From Leptolyngbyaceae cyanobacterium (GTDB taxonomy: Bacteria; Cyanobacteriota; Cyanobacteriia; Phormidesmidales; Phormidesmidaceae): a stretch of DNA of 64,000 nt. A program made the position numbers and the translations under genes. The stretch is from contig CBDHHL010000056.1 of NCBI GenBank assembly GCA_965263355.1, positions 640,001 to 704,000 on the forward strand, written 5' to 3'. Position 1 is the stretch's first letter; the number at the start of each line of letters is the position of its first letter. The notes below the pieces were generated by a model that worked only from the letters and a program-made list of their open reading frames with translations, searched no databases and was not told where the DNA came from. Shown here one piece after another: positions 38,410 to 48,728 of this stretch.

Positions 38410-39554
38410 GCTTGTTGGGCGGCAGCATTGTCTCCTAACTCTGTTAGCAAATGCCCCCGCAGTGCCCAGTAGGGTTGGTAGGTCTGGATGGCCTTAGGAG
38501 AGAGGGTGTTGAGTAATTCTAAGCTTTGTTGCGCCCCTTGGGTTTGGGCAAGTGCCATGCTATACCCCACCAATGCCCCAATTGTCGGCGACATCTGAAT
38601 CAAGCCAGTATACAGCTGTGCTAGCGCGTCCCAATCTGTTTTCTGGGTCACTACCCGTTGAACATGAACCGACTGAATGGCCGCCTCTAGCTGAAATCGG
38701 CCTAGTTTTCCATAGGTCGACGCCAGATGCAGTTCTTTTTCTGCCTGATCGATCATGGATTGAGACCAGAGTGTGGTGTCTTGTTCTGACAGGGGCACAT
38801 AGTCTCCTGTGGGTGAGCGTCGAGCCCTGCGACGAGATGCACAATAGAGCATTAGTGCCAATAGTCCTCTGGCTTCTGGATTTTCCGGTAGTAGTTGGAC
38901 ACAGAGGCGAGCTAGCCAGATTGCCTCATCTGCCAGCCCCCTATGGCGTGGATCACCCCCGATTACCGTATCCCAGCCAGTAGTATAGGCGGCATAGATG
39001 GCGTCTAAAACAGCGGCTAATCGACTGGGTAGTTCTTGGGTATCTGGTACTTTAAAGGGAATGCCCGCATCGCGAATTTTGGCTTTAGCGCGTACTAATC
39101 GCTGGCCCATCGTAGTCGGTGCGACTAAAAAAGCCGACCCAATTTGAGCCGCATTTAAGCCCATGACCGTTTGCAGCATCAGCGGTGTCCGAATGGCTAC
39201 GTTAATGGCCGGATGAGCACAGATAAACAACAGTTTTAGGCGCTCATCGGGAAAAGAGATTTCATCAACAGAGTCCGGTATGTCTACGCCACTGAGGTTG
39301 AGGCTATTAAGTACTTTGGTGTAAGTCTGGGACCGTCGGGCAACATCGATTAATCGTCGTCGGGCAGTCACCAGTAGCCAGGCCTCTGGGTTATTGGGAA
39401 CGCCGTTTTCTGGCCAGGTATTGAGGGCTTTAAGGAAGGCATCGCCGAGGGCGTCTTCGGCAGCAGAAATGTCTTGCGATCGCACCGCCAAATAGGCCAC
39501 CAAGCGACCATAGGAATTTCGTGCTGCCAGTTCTGCCGCTCGACGTACATCCAT
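38322..39554 (-). CDS. ECF sigma factor with C-terminal extension (ECF42-like, DUF6596/TPR)
   Basis: AEDALGDAF, PEAWLLVTARRR, DERLKLLFICAHPA, QRLVRAK, PLSEQD, FQLEAAI. Confidence 0.9.
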   Translation of the reverse strand: MDVRRAAELAARNSYGRLVAYLAVRSQDISAAEDALGDAFLKALNTWPENGVPNNPEAWLLVTARRRLIDVARRSQTYTKVLNSLNLSGVDIPDSVDEISFPDERLKLLFICAHPAINVAIRTPLMLQTVMGLNAAQIGSAFLVAPTTMGQRLVRAKAKIRDAGIPFKVPDTQELPSRLAAVLDAIYAAYTTGWDTVIGGDPRHRGLADEAIWLARLCVQLLPENPEARGLLALMLYCASRRRARRSPTGDYVPLSEQDTTLWSQSMIDQAEKELHLASTYGKLGRFQLEAAIQSVHVQRVVTQKTDWDALAQLYTGLIQMSPTIGALVGYSMALAQTQGAQQSLELLNTLSPKAIQTYQPYWALRGHLLTELGDNAAAQQAYVRAIGLTEDATIRDFLMEKAQLSSDDL

Positions 39555-39558
39555 GGGT

Positions 39559-40185
39559 TTACCCTTGAGGTGGTTGAGGTGCAGTTTGTTGCCAGGCGGG
39601 CAACGCCTCAATCCGGTCATACCAGGCCCGAATGTGGTCGTACTTTTCTAGGGGAAACTGGGCAATGGCCGCATAGGTTAAATCACTAGCCACCGAAAAG
39701 TCAGCCAAAGTGAGGGTGTTATTCACCAGATAGTCCTTACCCGCCAGGTGAGCATCTAAAACAGTGGCTTCTTGATGGAATGTGGCGATCGATCGCTCTA
39801 ACACTTGTGGATCAGGGTCACCCAACCCCAATACCTTTTTAACAAACCGCTCAAACTGAATCGGCTGACACCCCCTCGACCAGTGGGCCAGCTGCCAACT
39901 TTGCCAGCGCATAATGTCAGCCCGCTGCTGGGCATCATCGGGCCATAGTGGTGTGGCAACCTGGCTGGCCAGATACTGCATAATGGCAGTGGACTCCCAC
40001 AGGGCAAAGTCTCCATCCTGCAGTAAAGGAATTCGTCCAGTGGGATTGAGGGCAAGAAATTCTGCAGTGCGTTGCTGACCTTGCTGGAGATCAACCAGCT
40101 CTAGCTCTACAGGCATCTGCAGATGAAGAGCAACCGCGTGAGCTTTGCGAGAATTGGGGGAAGGAGGAAAGTAATAAAGCTTCAT
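39559..40185 (-). CDS. Glutathione S-transferase family protein
   Basis: SPNSRK, LNPTGRIP, WESTAI, TLADF. Confidence 0.92.
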   Translation of the reverse strand: MKLYYFPPSPNSRKAHAVALHLQMPVELELVDLQQGQQRTAEFLALNPTGRIPLLQDGDFALWESTAIMQYLASQVATPLWPDDAQQRADIMRWQSWQLAHWSRGCQPIQFERFVKKVLGLGDPDPQVLERSIATFHQEATVLDAHLAGKDYLVNNTLTLADFSVASDLTYAAIAQFPLEKYDHIRAWYDRIEALPAWQQTAPQPPQG

Positions 40186-40194
40186 GGCAATTTC

Positions 40195-40536
40195 CTAGTT
40201 TTGATCTACAGACCAGATGGGACGCACTTCTACGCTGCAGAGACCGGCGGCGGGACAACGGGCCGCCCAGTCTAAGGCACTATCAAGATCAGGGACATCA
40301 ATTAGAAAGAAGCCCCCCAACTGTTCTTTTGTATCAGCATAGGGACCATCCTGCACCTGACGTTGCCCCTCTTTGAGACATACTGTGGAGGCGGTATGGC
40401 TAGGGTAGAGCGCTTCACCGCCAGTTATCACACCGGCTTCAGATAGTGCTTGGGAATAGGCATTGTAAGCAGGCATATGCCGCTCTCGATTGGCAAAGTC
40501 CTGTTCCGTTTCGTAAACCAAAATTGCATATTTCAT
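40195..40536 (-). CDS. YciI/DGPF family protein
   Basis: DGPYADTKEQLGGFFLI, VEVRP. Start at MKYAIL. Confidence 0.92.
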   Translation of the reverse strand: MKYAILVYETEQDFANRERHMPAYNAYSQALSEAGVITGGEALYPSHTASTVCLKEGQRQVQDGPYADTKEQLGGFFLIDVPDLDSALDWAARCPAAGLCSVEVRPIWSVDQN

Positions 40537-40608
40537 CGGATTAACGCGTGGTAAATCACGTGGTAAATCAACAGAGCTGCGGGACATTTTTCCCATGCTC
40601 TACTTCTA

Positions 40609-40636
40609 TAACGAACAAGCAACTGCAATTTCGACA
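40609..40636 (-). promoter_or_regulatory. Putative ECF42-type autoregulatory promoter
   Basis: Minus strand TGTCGA-17 nt-CGTTA upstream of the yciI-gst-ECF operon. Confidence 0.6.
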
Positions 40637-40868
40637 TTAGATGCAAAATTGGAAGCCAATCAAATATATTTTTGTATTGACCAACGCGATCGATGCTCTC
40701 GCTGATGCTCAAACCAATGGTAGGGTAGCATTTAGCCAATTGGGAGCACTTATTAATGGGGTAACATGTGCGTAATTGGGGTATTTACAGATGTTTCTTA
40801 CATTAAGGGCGCATTAAACCTGGAAAATTGTGAATAAAGGCCAGGTATAGCGAACGGGCCGCAAAAAC

Positions 40869-41717
40869 ATGAAGAACGTTAGACCAATCCTCAAGAACTT
40901 TGCAACTCACTTTGCAGCCATTTTATTAGGGTTCGGCAGTTTGGGCTGGCTGGCGCTTGTTGTTTCCCACTACGCCAAATCAGACTTTGTGGCGTCTGCG
41001 GACGAGTTTTTTGTTGCCGTTCAACAAGATAACCTGGAAACAGCTTATGGTTATCTCTCTGACGATTTTCAGGATATTGTTAGCAAGGCCGAACTGGATA
41101 ACTATTTGGATGAGATGTCAATTCCAGATGTTAACGGGACAAGTTGGGGAGTTCTCATCACATACAGGGGTGAGGGAGATGGAAAAAGCGGTCTTCGAGG
41201 AAAGATTACAACTGAGTCTGGTGATGTTGTTCCCGTTGAAGTGAGTTTTGTTAACGTTGGAGATGAATTGAAAATATTTGCCCTTAGAAAAGTATCTCCC
41301 CAAAGCATAGAGCTGATACTGCTTGGCAAGATTCTAATGTGGAGTGCTAGCATAGCAGCACTTATGACGGTCTTGCTGTTTAGTCTTACGGCACGTCATG
41401 TGGCCATTGCTGACAGGTTTTTGATGGCCGTCCAACAAAATGATCTGGATGTCGCCTATGGTTATCTTTCCAAAGAGTTTCAGGCAACCACTAACAAGGC
41501 TGAACTCACAGAGAGTCTTCATAAGCTCTTGCCCGCAAATTTTGAGGAGGTCATTTGGAAAACCCGTAATTTACAGGGTAATCAATGTAGTTTGCTAGGG
41601 ACTATTATAACTAAGTCTAAAAGCACTACAGATTTTTGGCTTGGCTTTATTAAAGAAAAGGGCGGTTGGAAAATAACGGTTATTGAGGTGCCTCTTGCAA
41701 AACAACCAGGTGGTTAA
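40869..41717 (+). CDS. Membrane protein with internally duplicated NTF2-like (DUF4864-like) domain
   Basis: Two copies of AD-F--AVQQ--L--AYGYLS--FQ----KAEL, each preceded by a TM helix. Confidence 0.65.
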   Translation: MKNVRPILKNFATHFAAILLGFGSLGWLALVVSHYAKSDFVASADEFFVAVQQDNLETAYGYLSDDFQDIVSKAELDNYLDEMSIPDVNGTSWGVLITYRGEGDGKSGLRGKITTESGDVVPVEVSFVNVGDELKIFALRKVSPQSIELILLGKILMWSASIAALMTVLLFSLTARHVAIADRFLMAVQQNDLDVAYGYLSKEFQATTNKAELTESLHKLLPANFEEVIWKTRNLQGNQCSLLGTIITKSKSTTDFWLGFIKEKGGWKITVIEVPLAKQPGG

Positions 41718-41741
41718 TCACTAAGGAATTTTCGATATCTG

Positions 41742-42176
41742 ATGAAAATTATCGCGTTACTTTTACTAGCCATCTCTACCCTTGGTTTAGATAGGGTTGG
41801 ACAGGGATATGCTGCGGTTTCGTCTGCTCAAGCTGTGGCTGTGTCCGTCGAGCCTAGCTTGGTAGCCCAAGCGAGTACCCTGGTAACTCAAGATTACATC
41901 GTGACAATTTCTCAAAACTGTGTGGAGGGCGATGTAGATTGCGATAATGTCACCTACTATGGCGTCAATACAAATACTGGGGCGTCTTTAGACTTGCAGG
42001 GGAGAACGGTCCATGCACCCTGTACTGATGGCATCACACCCTGTCGATTTATGGGCTATGAGTTTTTTAATGGGGCCTATCGTTACTTTGTGGCTCAAAA
42101 CGGCACACTACAGATTTTCCAGAATGGTCAACGTATCCTGGAACAATCAGGATACTGGGATACGACCAGACGCTAA
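41742..42176 (+). CDS. Secreted hypothetical protein with two Cys pairs
   Basis: Signal peptide; CVEGDVDCDNV and CTDGITPCRFMGY motifs. Confidence 0.7.
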   Translation: MKIIALLLLAISTLGLDRVGQGYAAVSSAQAVAVSVEPSLVAQASTLVTQDYIVTISQNCVEGDVDCDNVTYYGVNTNTGASLDLQGRTVHAPCTDGITPCRFMGYEFFNGAYRYFVAQNGTLQIFQNGQRILEQSGYWDTTRR

Positions 42177-42260
42177 TAAGCTGAATACCCAAATTCACAG
42201 CCCATTCTCAGGCGGACGCTTTAAGATGTCGAATATCTTAATAAGAGAAGGGGAACAGCA

Positions 42261-43187
42261 ATGGCAAGGCCAATTAGTAGAACCTTGAGTTTGTTACTCC
42301 TGCTGATTGGATGTCAGGATGTGTCGTCTGGCTATGCATCTGAGATTACCCAAGCAACCTGTGAGGCGGTGCCAGGGTTTGCCTATGTAGAGGGTGGGGA
42401 GTTTATTGCGGGGAGCGATCGCACCGAGCGCGACTATGCCTATCGCATCAGTGCAGAGGGCTTTGCCAACGCCCCGGAGGATATAGCTGCAGCAGAAGCA
42501 GGCTACCGCAGACGCCAGTGGTTTGAGCGTGAGCCAGATAGACAAACGGAGCACTTGCCTGCCTTCTGCATGGGGCAAAAGCTGATTACCAATGCAGACT
42601 ACCAAGCATTTGTGCAGGCAACGGGGCATCGGTCACCAGGGATCTCGGCGACGGCGTATCAGGAGCAGGGCTTTTTGGTGCATCCCTACAGTGATGTGGA
42701 ACCGTATCTGTGGAAGGCGGATCAGTACCCGGCGGGACAGGCAAACCATCCAGTGGTGCTGGTGTCTTACGATGATGCCGTAGCCTACGCAAATTGGAAA
42801 TCGGAACACGATGGAGTAAGCTATCGGCTACCAACGGCATTGGAATGGGAAAAGGCTGCACGAGGAATCGATGGGCGCTATTTTCCTTGGGGTAGTGAGT
42901 GGCAAGATGATGGCACTAACTGGGCGAAAAATGGCCCCTATGGGACCAGCGAGGTGGGAGCTTATCCCCTGAGTCAGGGGCCTTATGGCGTTGAGGATAT
43001 GGCAGGAAATGTGTTTGAGTACACGGCTACTTTGACCAGGGGAGGGGCCAAAGTTCTACTCAAGGGCTGCAGCTGGGATGATTTCCCTGGGTTTTGTCGG
43101 GCTGCCTATCAGCATGATCGACCGTTAGAGTCGCGACACATTCTATTTGGGTTTCGCCTGGTTTTAGAAGGCAATATCGACCGTTAG
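42261..43187 (+). CDS. Formylglycine-generating enzyme (SUMF1/EgtB/PvdO) family lipoprotein
   Basis: Lipobox LIGC; HPVVLVSYDDA, RLPTALEWEKAARG, DMAGNVFEY, GFRL. Confidence 0.88.
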   Translation: MARPISRTLSLLLLLIGCQDVSSGYASEITQATCEAVPGFAYVEGGEFIAGSDRTERDYAYRISAEGFANAPEDIAAAEAGYRRRQWFEREPDRQTEHLPAFCMGQKLITNADYQAFVQATGHRSPGISATAYQEQGFLVHPYSDVEPYLWKADQYPAGQANHPVVLVSYDDAVAYANWKSEHDGVSYRLPTALEWEKAARGIDGRYFPWGSEWQDDGTNWAKNGPYGTSEVGAYPLSQGPYGVEDMAGNVFEYTATLTRGGAKVLLKGCSWDDFPGFCRAAYQHDRPLESRHILFGFRLVLEGNIDR

Positions 43188-44795
43188 AACCTGGACGAGT
43201 CTGTGAAAACTGCTTGAGATGAAGTGGGGATGTTGGCAAGGACCTTTAATCAGATGGCGAGTCAGTTACGGACATCCTTCGAAACCCTGGAACAGCGAGT
43301 CGCAAAACGAACGGCAGAATTAGCGCAAGCTAAAGAACAGGCCGATGCTGCTAATCAGGCAAAAAGCGAATTTTTGGCGAACATGAGCCATGAGTTGCGG
43401 ACGCCGTTGAATGGCATTATGGGCTACGCTCAAATCCTAGAGCGGACAAAAACCCTAGACCCCAAGCAGCGGAGTGGAGTTAACGTTATCCATCAATGTG
43501 GTTCCCATTTGCTCACATTAATTAACGATATTTTAGATCTTTCTAAAATTGAGGCCCATAAGCTAGAACTGGTATCAGCTGCGGTCCATCTACCGTCTTT
43601 GCTACAAAGCGTGGTGGAAATGTGCGAAATGCGGGTACAGCAAAAGGGTATCGAGTTTGTTTATCAACCTAATTCCCGTTTACCAGACGGGATTGAAATC
43701 GATGAAAAGCGGCTGCGTCAGGTTTTGATTAATCTCTTGAGCAATGCGATTAAATTTACCGACAGTGGTACTGTTACCCTACAGGTGGATAGCCTAGAGC
43801 TATCTGAGACCCATGCCACACTGTTTTTTCAAGTGAGCGATACTGGAGTAGGCATTGCTGAGGATGACCGTGTCAGGTTATTTGAAGCCTTTGAACAAGT
43901 TGGAGACCATAAAAAACAAGCTGAAGGAACTGGACTGGGACTGGCGATTAGCCAACGCATTGTGCAACTCATGGGCAGTAACATCCAGGTTAAAAGTCAC
44001 CTGGGCGAAGGCAGTGAGTTCTTCTTTACTATTGAGGTTCCTCAGGTTACAGATTGGGTTAAGCAACAAGAGATATCAGAAAGCGATCGCATCATCGGTT
44101 ATAAAGTCGTTGGTGCAGACTCTCCAAAAAACACTCGTTACACTATTTTGGTTATCGATGATCGTTGGGAAAACCGAGCCGTGTTAGCCAATCTCCTGGA
44201 ACCTTTGAATTTCAATATAATTGAGGCTATCAATGGCCAGGAAGGGCTGGAACAGCTCAAGTTAATGCAACCTGAACTGGTGATTACCGATTTAGCCATG
44301 CCAGTCATGGATGGATTTGAGTTTTTGCAGCATGTCCGCAGTAGCGAAATTCTGCAGCAAACTAAGGTTATCGTTTTCTCTGCATCGGTGACTCCAGTGG
44401 ATCAGCAGATGGCTTTAGATATGGGTGGGAATGATTTTTTGGCTAAACCTGTGGATGCTAGGAAACTGATGCAATTGTTAGCTACCTATTTGCATCTGGA
44501 GTGGCTCTATGAACCTGATGATAATGATCGGGCATTGCCAAATCCGGCGTTTTCAGACTTTAAGTCTACTGAATTGATTTTACCCCCCCAGGAAACGTTA
44601 GAACGTCTGTTGAGACCTGCCCAGATTGGTGATCTAAAACTGTTGTGTGAGAGGCTTGATCAATTAGTAAGCACAGAGAAAACCTATCTTTCTTTTGCCG
44701 AACCCATTCGACAATTAGCTAAGGATTTCAAAGCAGAAGAAATTGAAGAACTACTTGAGCAGTATATAGCCAAGGAAATTGCTGATGCAAGATAA
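43188..44795 (+). CDS. N-terminally truncated hybrid histidine kinase (half HAMP - HisKA - HATPase - REC); possible pseudogene
   Basis: Begins mid-HAMP ([23 protein letters not shown]) with an in-frame TGA at 43215. [14 protein letters not shown] and GTGLGL are intact; no sensor or TM region. Confidence 0.75.
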
Positions 44796-46020
44796 AGCCA
44801 CGATTTTAGTTGTTGATGATATCCCTAACAATTTAGAAGTTGTTAGGGATACCCTTACATTTCAGGGGTATACAGCAACTACAGCAATCAGTGGTGAGCG
44901 GGCGTTGAAACGCTTGCAAAAACACGTTCCTGACCTCATTCTGTTAGACGTACAAATGCCGGGAATTGATGGGTTTGAAACCTGTCGCCAAATAAAAAAG
45001 AATCCAGACTGGACGCATATTCCCATTATTTTTTTAACAGCGCTGACCGATACAGACAGTATTGTTAAAGGATTTTCTTTGGGGGCAGTTGATTACATTA
45101 GTAAACCCTTTCAAGAAGCAGAATTACTAGCAAGGGTACGTACCCACTTACAATTACATTCCTTAAATAAAAACTTAGAACGGACTTTAAGTGAATTAAA
45201 AAGGACTCAGGCTCAACTGATTCAATCTGAAAAAATGTCCTCTTTGGGGCAAATAGTGGCTGGCGTTGCCCATGAAATCAACAATCCTATTAGTTTTATA
45301 ATAGGCAATCTTGAACCTCTAGGGGTGTATTTTGAAGACTTGAAGAATTTGTTACAACTTTACCAAAAGGAATATCCCCATCCTAATCCATCGATTCAAT
45401 CGAAACAGGAAGAAATTGATCTGGACTTTTTAGTGCAAGACGTGACAAAAATCCTGCGGTCTATGGGTGTGGGTAGCGATCGCATCCAGCAAATTGTTCT
45501 AAATTTGCAAACCTTTTCTCGTCTAGATGAGTCTTCATGCAAGACCGTTGACATTCACATTGGCCTTGACAGTACGTTGTCAATTGTGAAACCCCGCTTG
45601 AGTGCTACAGGCAAGTTTCCTCAGATCAGCATTATTCGGAACTATGGCAACTTGCCCGCCATTATGTGCTATCCCAGCCAGCTCAATCAAGTATTTTTGA
45701 ATGTTATCAACAACGCCATTGATGCGATTCGAGACTGTGAAGACTGTTGTAAAATGCCTGAAATTCGAATTCATACAGAAGTAATAGATGATAAGCAGGT
45801 TCGAATTTCAATTGCTAATACAGGCAAGACAATTCCTGAAGAAGAACAAAAACGAATTTTTGAGCCATTTTTTACCACTAAACCCGTTGGTAATGGTGTA
45901 GGTTTAGGACTTTTTGTCAGCTATTCGATAATTCAAAAGCATGGTGGAACAATACAAGTGTCTTCCCAACCCGGAAACGAAACTACTTTTGATATCAGCC
46001 TACCTGTAAACCTCCCCTGA
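44785..46020 (+). CDS. Response regulator - histidine kinase hybrid (REC-HisKA-HATPase)
   Basis: [31 protein letters not shown]. Confidence 0.9.
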   Translation: MQDKATILVVDDIPNNLEVVRDTLTFQGYTATTAISGERALKRLQKHVPDLILLDVQMPGIDGFETCRQIKKNPDWTHIPIIFLTALTDTDSIVKGFSLGAVDYISKPFQEAELLARVRTHLQLHSLNKNLERTLSELKRTQAQLIQSEKMSSLGQIVAGVAHEINNPISFIIGNLEPLGVYFEDLKNLLQLYQKEYPHPNPSIQSKQEEIDLDFLVQDVTKILRSMGVGSDRIQQIVLNLQTFSRLDESSCKTVDIHIGLDSTLSIVKPRLSATGKFPQISIIRNYGNLPAIMCYPSQLNQVFLNVINNAIDAIRDCEDCCKMPEIRIHTEVIDDKQVRISIANTGKTIPEEEQKRIFEPFFTTKPVGNGVGLGLFVSYSIIQKHGGTIQVSSQPGNETTFDISLPVNLP

Positions 46021-46054
46021 GCAGAGCTAAAGGAGAGGCTGGCTAGGGTTAAGA

Positions 46055-47062
46055 TTATACGATTTTATGACCTCTATTTTTTCTATACTGCTGCTTTGGA
46101 CTACGCGGTTTATCAGGATATTTCATTTCTAATAGTCCTGCCTCCAGGGCTGGCACCAAATAGTTCTTACGAAATGTTGGCCGATGGGATAACCCTAAGC
46201 GCTCCATCAGTGTTTGCGTTGTGAAATAGTCATCATCCATCACTGCCAACAACCGCTTAACTTGGTCGGTAGCTTGGTCGGTAGCTTGGTCGGTAGCTTG
46301 GGAAATTTCTGAATCTACCTGGGTTAGAGCATTGCTAATAATCTCTAGCATAAACTCGATAAAGACAGTACTATTAGCAGCTTGATCAGCTTGTTCTAGG
46401 GTTTGGTAATAGCGCGCTTGCTCATCTTTAATCAAACTCTCAATGGGTAACAGAAAAAAGACTGGATTCCACTGCCCTAAGATTAATGTTTGCCACAGTC
46501 GTCCCATGCGACCATTGCCATCCATAAATGGGTGGATAAACTCTAGCTCATAGTGGAATACAGAACTTTTAATCAGGGCATGGTCGTCTGACTGGTCTAA
46601 CCATTCGAGTAGATCTGCCATTAACAATGGCACCCTTTTCGCAGGTGGGGCCACATGGACCACTTTGCTTTCTTTGTGGATGCCCACACCCGCTCGTCGA
46701 AACTTGCCCGCATCTGTCAGAATATCGCCCATTAAATATTGGTGGGCGGTTAGAAAATCCTCTATTGAGGCAGGTTTCCACTCAGCTAATGCTTCGTAGG
46801 CTCGAATTGCGCCCTGTACTTCGCTAATTTCCCTGGGCTGCCCCAATACTCGCTGACCTTCCAGAATGGCAGTTACCTGTTCTAGAGATAGGGTATTGCC
46901 TTCAATGGCCAAGGTACCCTGGATAGTCCGAATCCGGTTTTGCTTGCGTAATTGAGGCGATGTGCTTAGCCCATGGCTATTCAGTCGCCCCACCTGCTCG
47001 GCAATGACGCTAATCTGGTTGATAACGTTTGCAGTGATATCAAAGGGTGGCTGATAGGGCAT
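46055..47062 (-). CDS. Fic family protein with C-terminal HTH-like domain
   Basis: Canonical HPFMDGNGRMGR motif; TLAIEGN inhibitory-helix-like motif. Confidence 0.92.
   Translation of the reverse strand: MPYQPPFDITANVINQISVIAEQVGRLNSHGLSTSPQLRKQNRIRTIQGTLAIEGNTLSLEQVTAILEGQRVLGQPREISEVQGAIRAYEALAEWKPASIEDFLTAHQYLMGDILTDAGKFRRAGVGIHKESKVVHVAPPAKRVPLLMADLLEWLDQSDDHALIKSSVFHYELEFIHPFMDGNGRMGRLWQTLILGQWNPVFFLLPIESLIKDEQARYYQTLEQADQAANSTVFIEFMLEIISNALTQVDSEISQATDQATDQATDQVKRLLAVMDDDYFTTQTLMERLGLSHRPTFRKNYLVPALEAGLLEMKYPDKPRSPKQQYRKNRGHKIV
46261..46301. repeat. 12-bp tandem repeat (CTTGGTCGGTAG x3.4) encoding the (QATD)n linker
   Basis: Read directly from the sequence. Confidence 0.9.
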
Positions 47063-47086
47063 CCACGGGTAGAACAGTATCTATTA

Positions 47087-47286
47087 CTTTGGAAAGTCTA
47101 CAAGAGTATGTGTTAGTTGATTCTGAAACGAAGACAGTTGAGATTTTTCGGCGTGATCAACAGGGCAGATGGGTGTTTATTCCCTATGACGAAAATGATG
47201 AAATCACCCTAATGAGTTTGGAGATTACTCTTGTAATCGATGATATCTATGAAGATGTTGTTCTAACAAAACAAGCGAATAGATAA
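47087..47286 (+). pseudogene. C-terminal remnant of a Uma2 (DUF820) family endonuclease
   Basis: TLESLQEYVLVDSE...VEIFRR...IYEDV, with no N-terminal two thirds. Confidence 0.75.
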
Positions 47287-47314
47287 AAGTTGGGTTAGTT
47301 TGACTTACGATAGC

Positions 47315-47333
47315 AGTATAACCAAAGTATAAC
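47315..47333 (+). promoter_or_regulatory. AGTATAAC direct repeat, likely antitoxin operator
   Basis: Copies at 47315-47322 and 47326-47333, upstream of the RHH antitoxin gene. Confidence 0.45.
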
Positions 47334-47364
47334 TAGAGGTGGTAATACTGTATGAACGCTGATT

Positions 47365-47598
47365 ATGAAAACGGCAGTATCTCTACCAGATCAAGTATTT
47401 GAGGCGGCAGAAGCCCTGGCAAAACGTTTGGGTATTTCTCGTAGTGAACTCTATGCAAATGCGCTCAAAGCCTATCTGCAAAAGTTTAATCGGGACCATA
47501 TTCTCCAGCAGTTAAATCAGGTTTATGCAGAAGAGGATTCTTCTGTGGATCCGATTTTATCTACATTACAATCCATGTCTTTGCCCCATGAGGACTGA
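47365..47598 (+). CDS. Ribbon-helix-helix antitoxin (ChpI/MazE6-like), orphan
   Basis: MKTAVSLPDQVFEAAEALAKRLGISRSELY...LNQVY. Confidence 0.8.
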   Translation: MKTAVSLPDQVFEAAEALAKRLGISRSELYANALKAYLQKFNRDHILQQLNQVYAEEDSSVDPILSTLQSMSLPHED

Positions 47599-47603
47599 TG
47601 GTA

Positions 47604-47899
47604 TATGTTTGAAGCTCAGGCTTTACTGGATTATTGGTGCCCGAATTTCCTTAAATTCTATTGTGTATGCCTTTCGTCAAGGGCTATTCCCTGAAAACAT
47701 TGCTCAATCTTACCCATTACTAGGTCTAGAGAAAGTCTACGGTGCAATCACTTTCTACTTGGCCAATCGTTCTGATATTGATGCCTATCTCCTCGCCGAA
47801 GAGCAGGCATTTGACGCTATGCCACACCCCTTAGAGACAGATGCCCCTTCTTTGCATCAAAAGCTGCTTTCAGCTAATCAATCATCACAGCAGGCATAA
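47604..47899 (+). pseudogene. DUF433 family antitoxin remnant (5' end damaged)
   Basis: YWIIGARISLNSIV...PENIAQSYPLLGLEKVYGAITFYL; no clean start. Confidence 0.7.
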
Positions 47900-47980
47900 T
47901 GGCTAACGTTCAATTTCAAGCGGATGCCACTTAAACCAGGCAATTGTGACAGGCGTAATCCGTTGACAGTCTGACATCAG
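47899..47980 (+). pseudogene. DUF5615 PIN-like toxin remnant
   Basis: TAATG coupling to the DUF433 stop; MANVQFQADA, frameshift, LNQAIVTGVIR, then stop. Confidence 0.6.
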
Positions 47981-48060
47981 TCTGAAAAATATCCACCAAA
48001 TTTAGCTGACTGCCCTGTGGCCGCCCTGTAGTTTTGGGTAAACCATTAGATAACAAATCA

Positions 48061-48558
48061 ATGCCGAAACAAAATGCTTGGCTAACTACTAAAATGCCGT
48101 TTGGGGTTGCAGTGATGTTGGTATTTATGACCATTTTGGGATGTAATCAGCCCTCTGTGCCCACTGCTGCCAATGAAACCTTACTTAATTCAGATTTAAC
48201 AAGCTTGCTTGAGGAAGAAGTCGGTCAACAACTAGACTGGGCAAACCCTCAGCAACATGAAAAGACGGTTGCTGTTTGTCCTGAAAACTTAGCAAAGGTA
48301 AACGTTGTCATTGACTCGGCCCAGGATAATAAAACCTCTGCCCTATACCTAACTCAGGTAACGATGACAGTGGCCCAAAATGGAGGTTTCCAGATTGAGT
48401 CAGGCGATAGAGGCGAACTCACAAATCTAGGTGATGAGAGTAGCGTTGTAATGGTAGTCCCCTATCTCATTAATTGTTCAAAAGTGAGTCGTTTTAATGA
48501 GCTGTTTGGCCAAAGTATGATTGAAGTTTACGCAGACGGTCGAGTGCAAGTACGTTAA
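48061..48558 (+). CDS. Putative lipoprotein
   Basis: Hydrophobic stretch ending in ILGC lipobox. Confidence 0.6.
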   Translation: MPKQNAWLTTKMPFGVAVMLVFMTILGCNQPSVPTAANETLLNSDLTSLLEEEVGQQLDWANPQQHEKTVAVCPENLAKVNVVIDSAQDNKTSALYLTQVTMTVAQNGGFQIESGDRGELTNLGDESSVVMVVPYLINCSKVSRFNELFGQSMIEVYADGRVQVR

Positions 48559-48728
48559 GCAAATGCCATAGACCGGTTTTTATATTGACACAAAAAGTGT
48601 CGTCTCTATTACATCAAGCATTCGTTTAGCCGTAGTAAACAGAGTGAGGAGCTGAGAAGCTTTAAGTTTTAAACTATAGTTAATAATATGACGGAGTCAT
48701 GTAGTAAATCTCTCACAAATTATGCCAG

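Noticed and set aside
42261..44795. Programmed readthrough fusing the FGE protein to the kinase
   Set aside because: Although in frame, two stops (TAG 43185, TGA 43215) and a half HAMP domain fit a deletion scar better.
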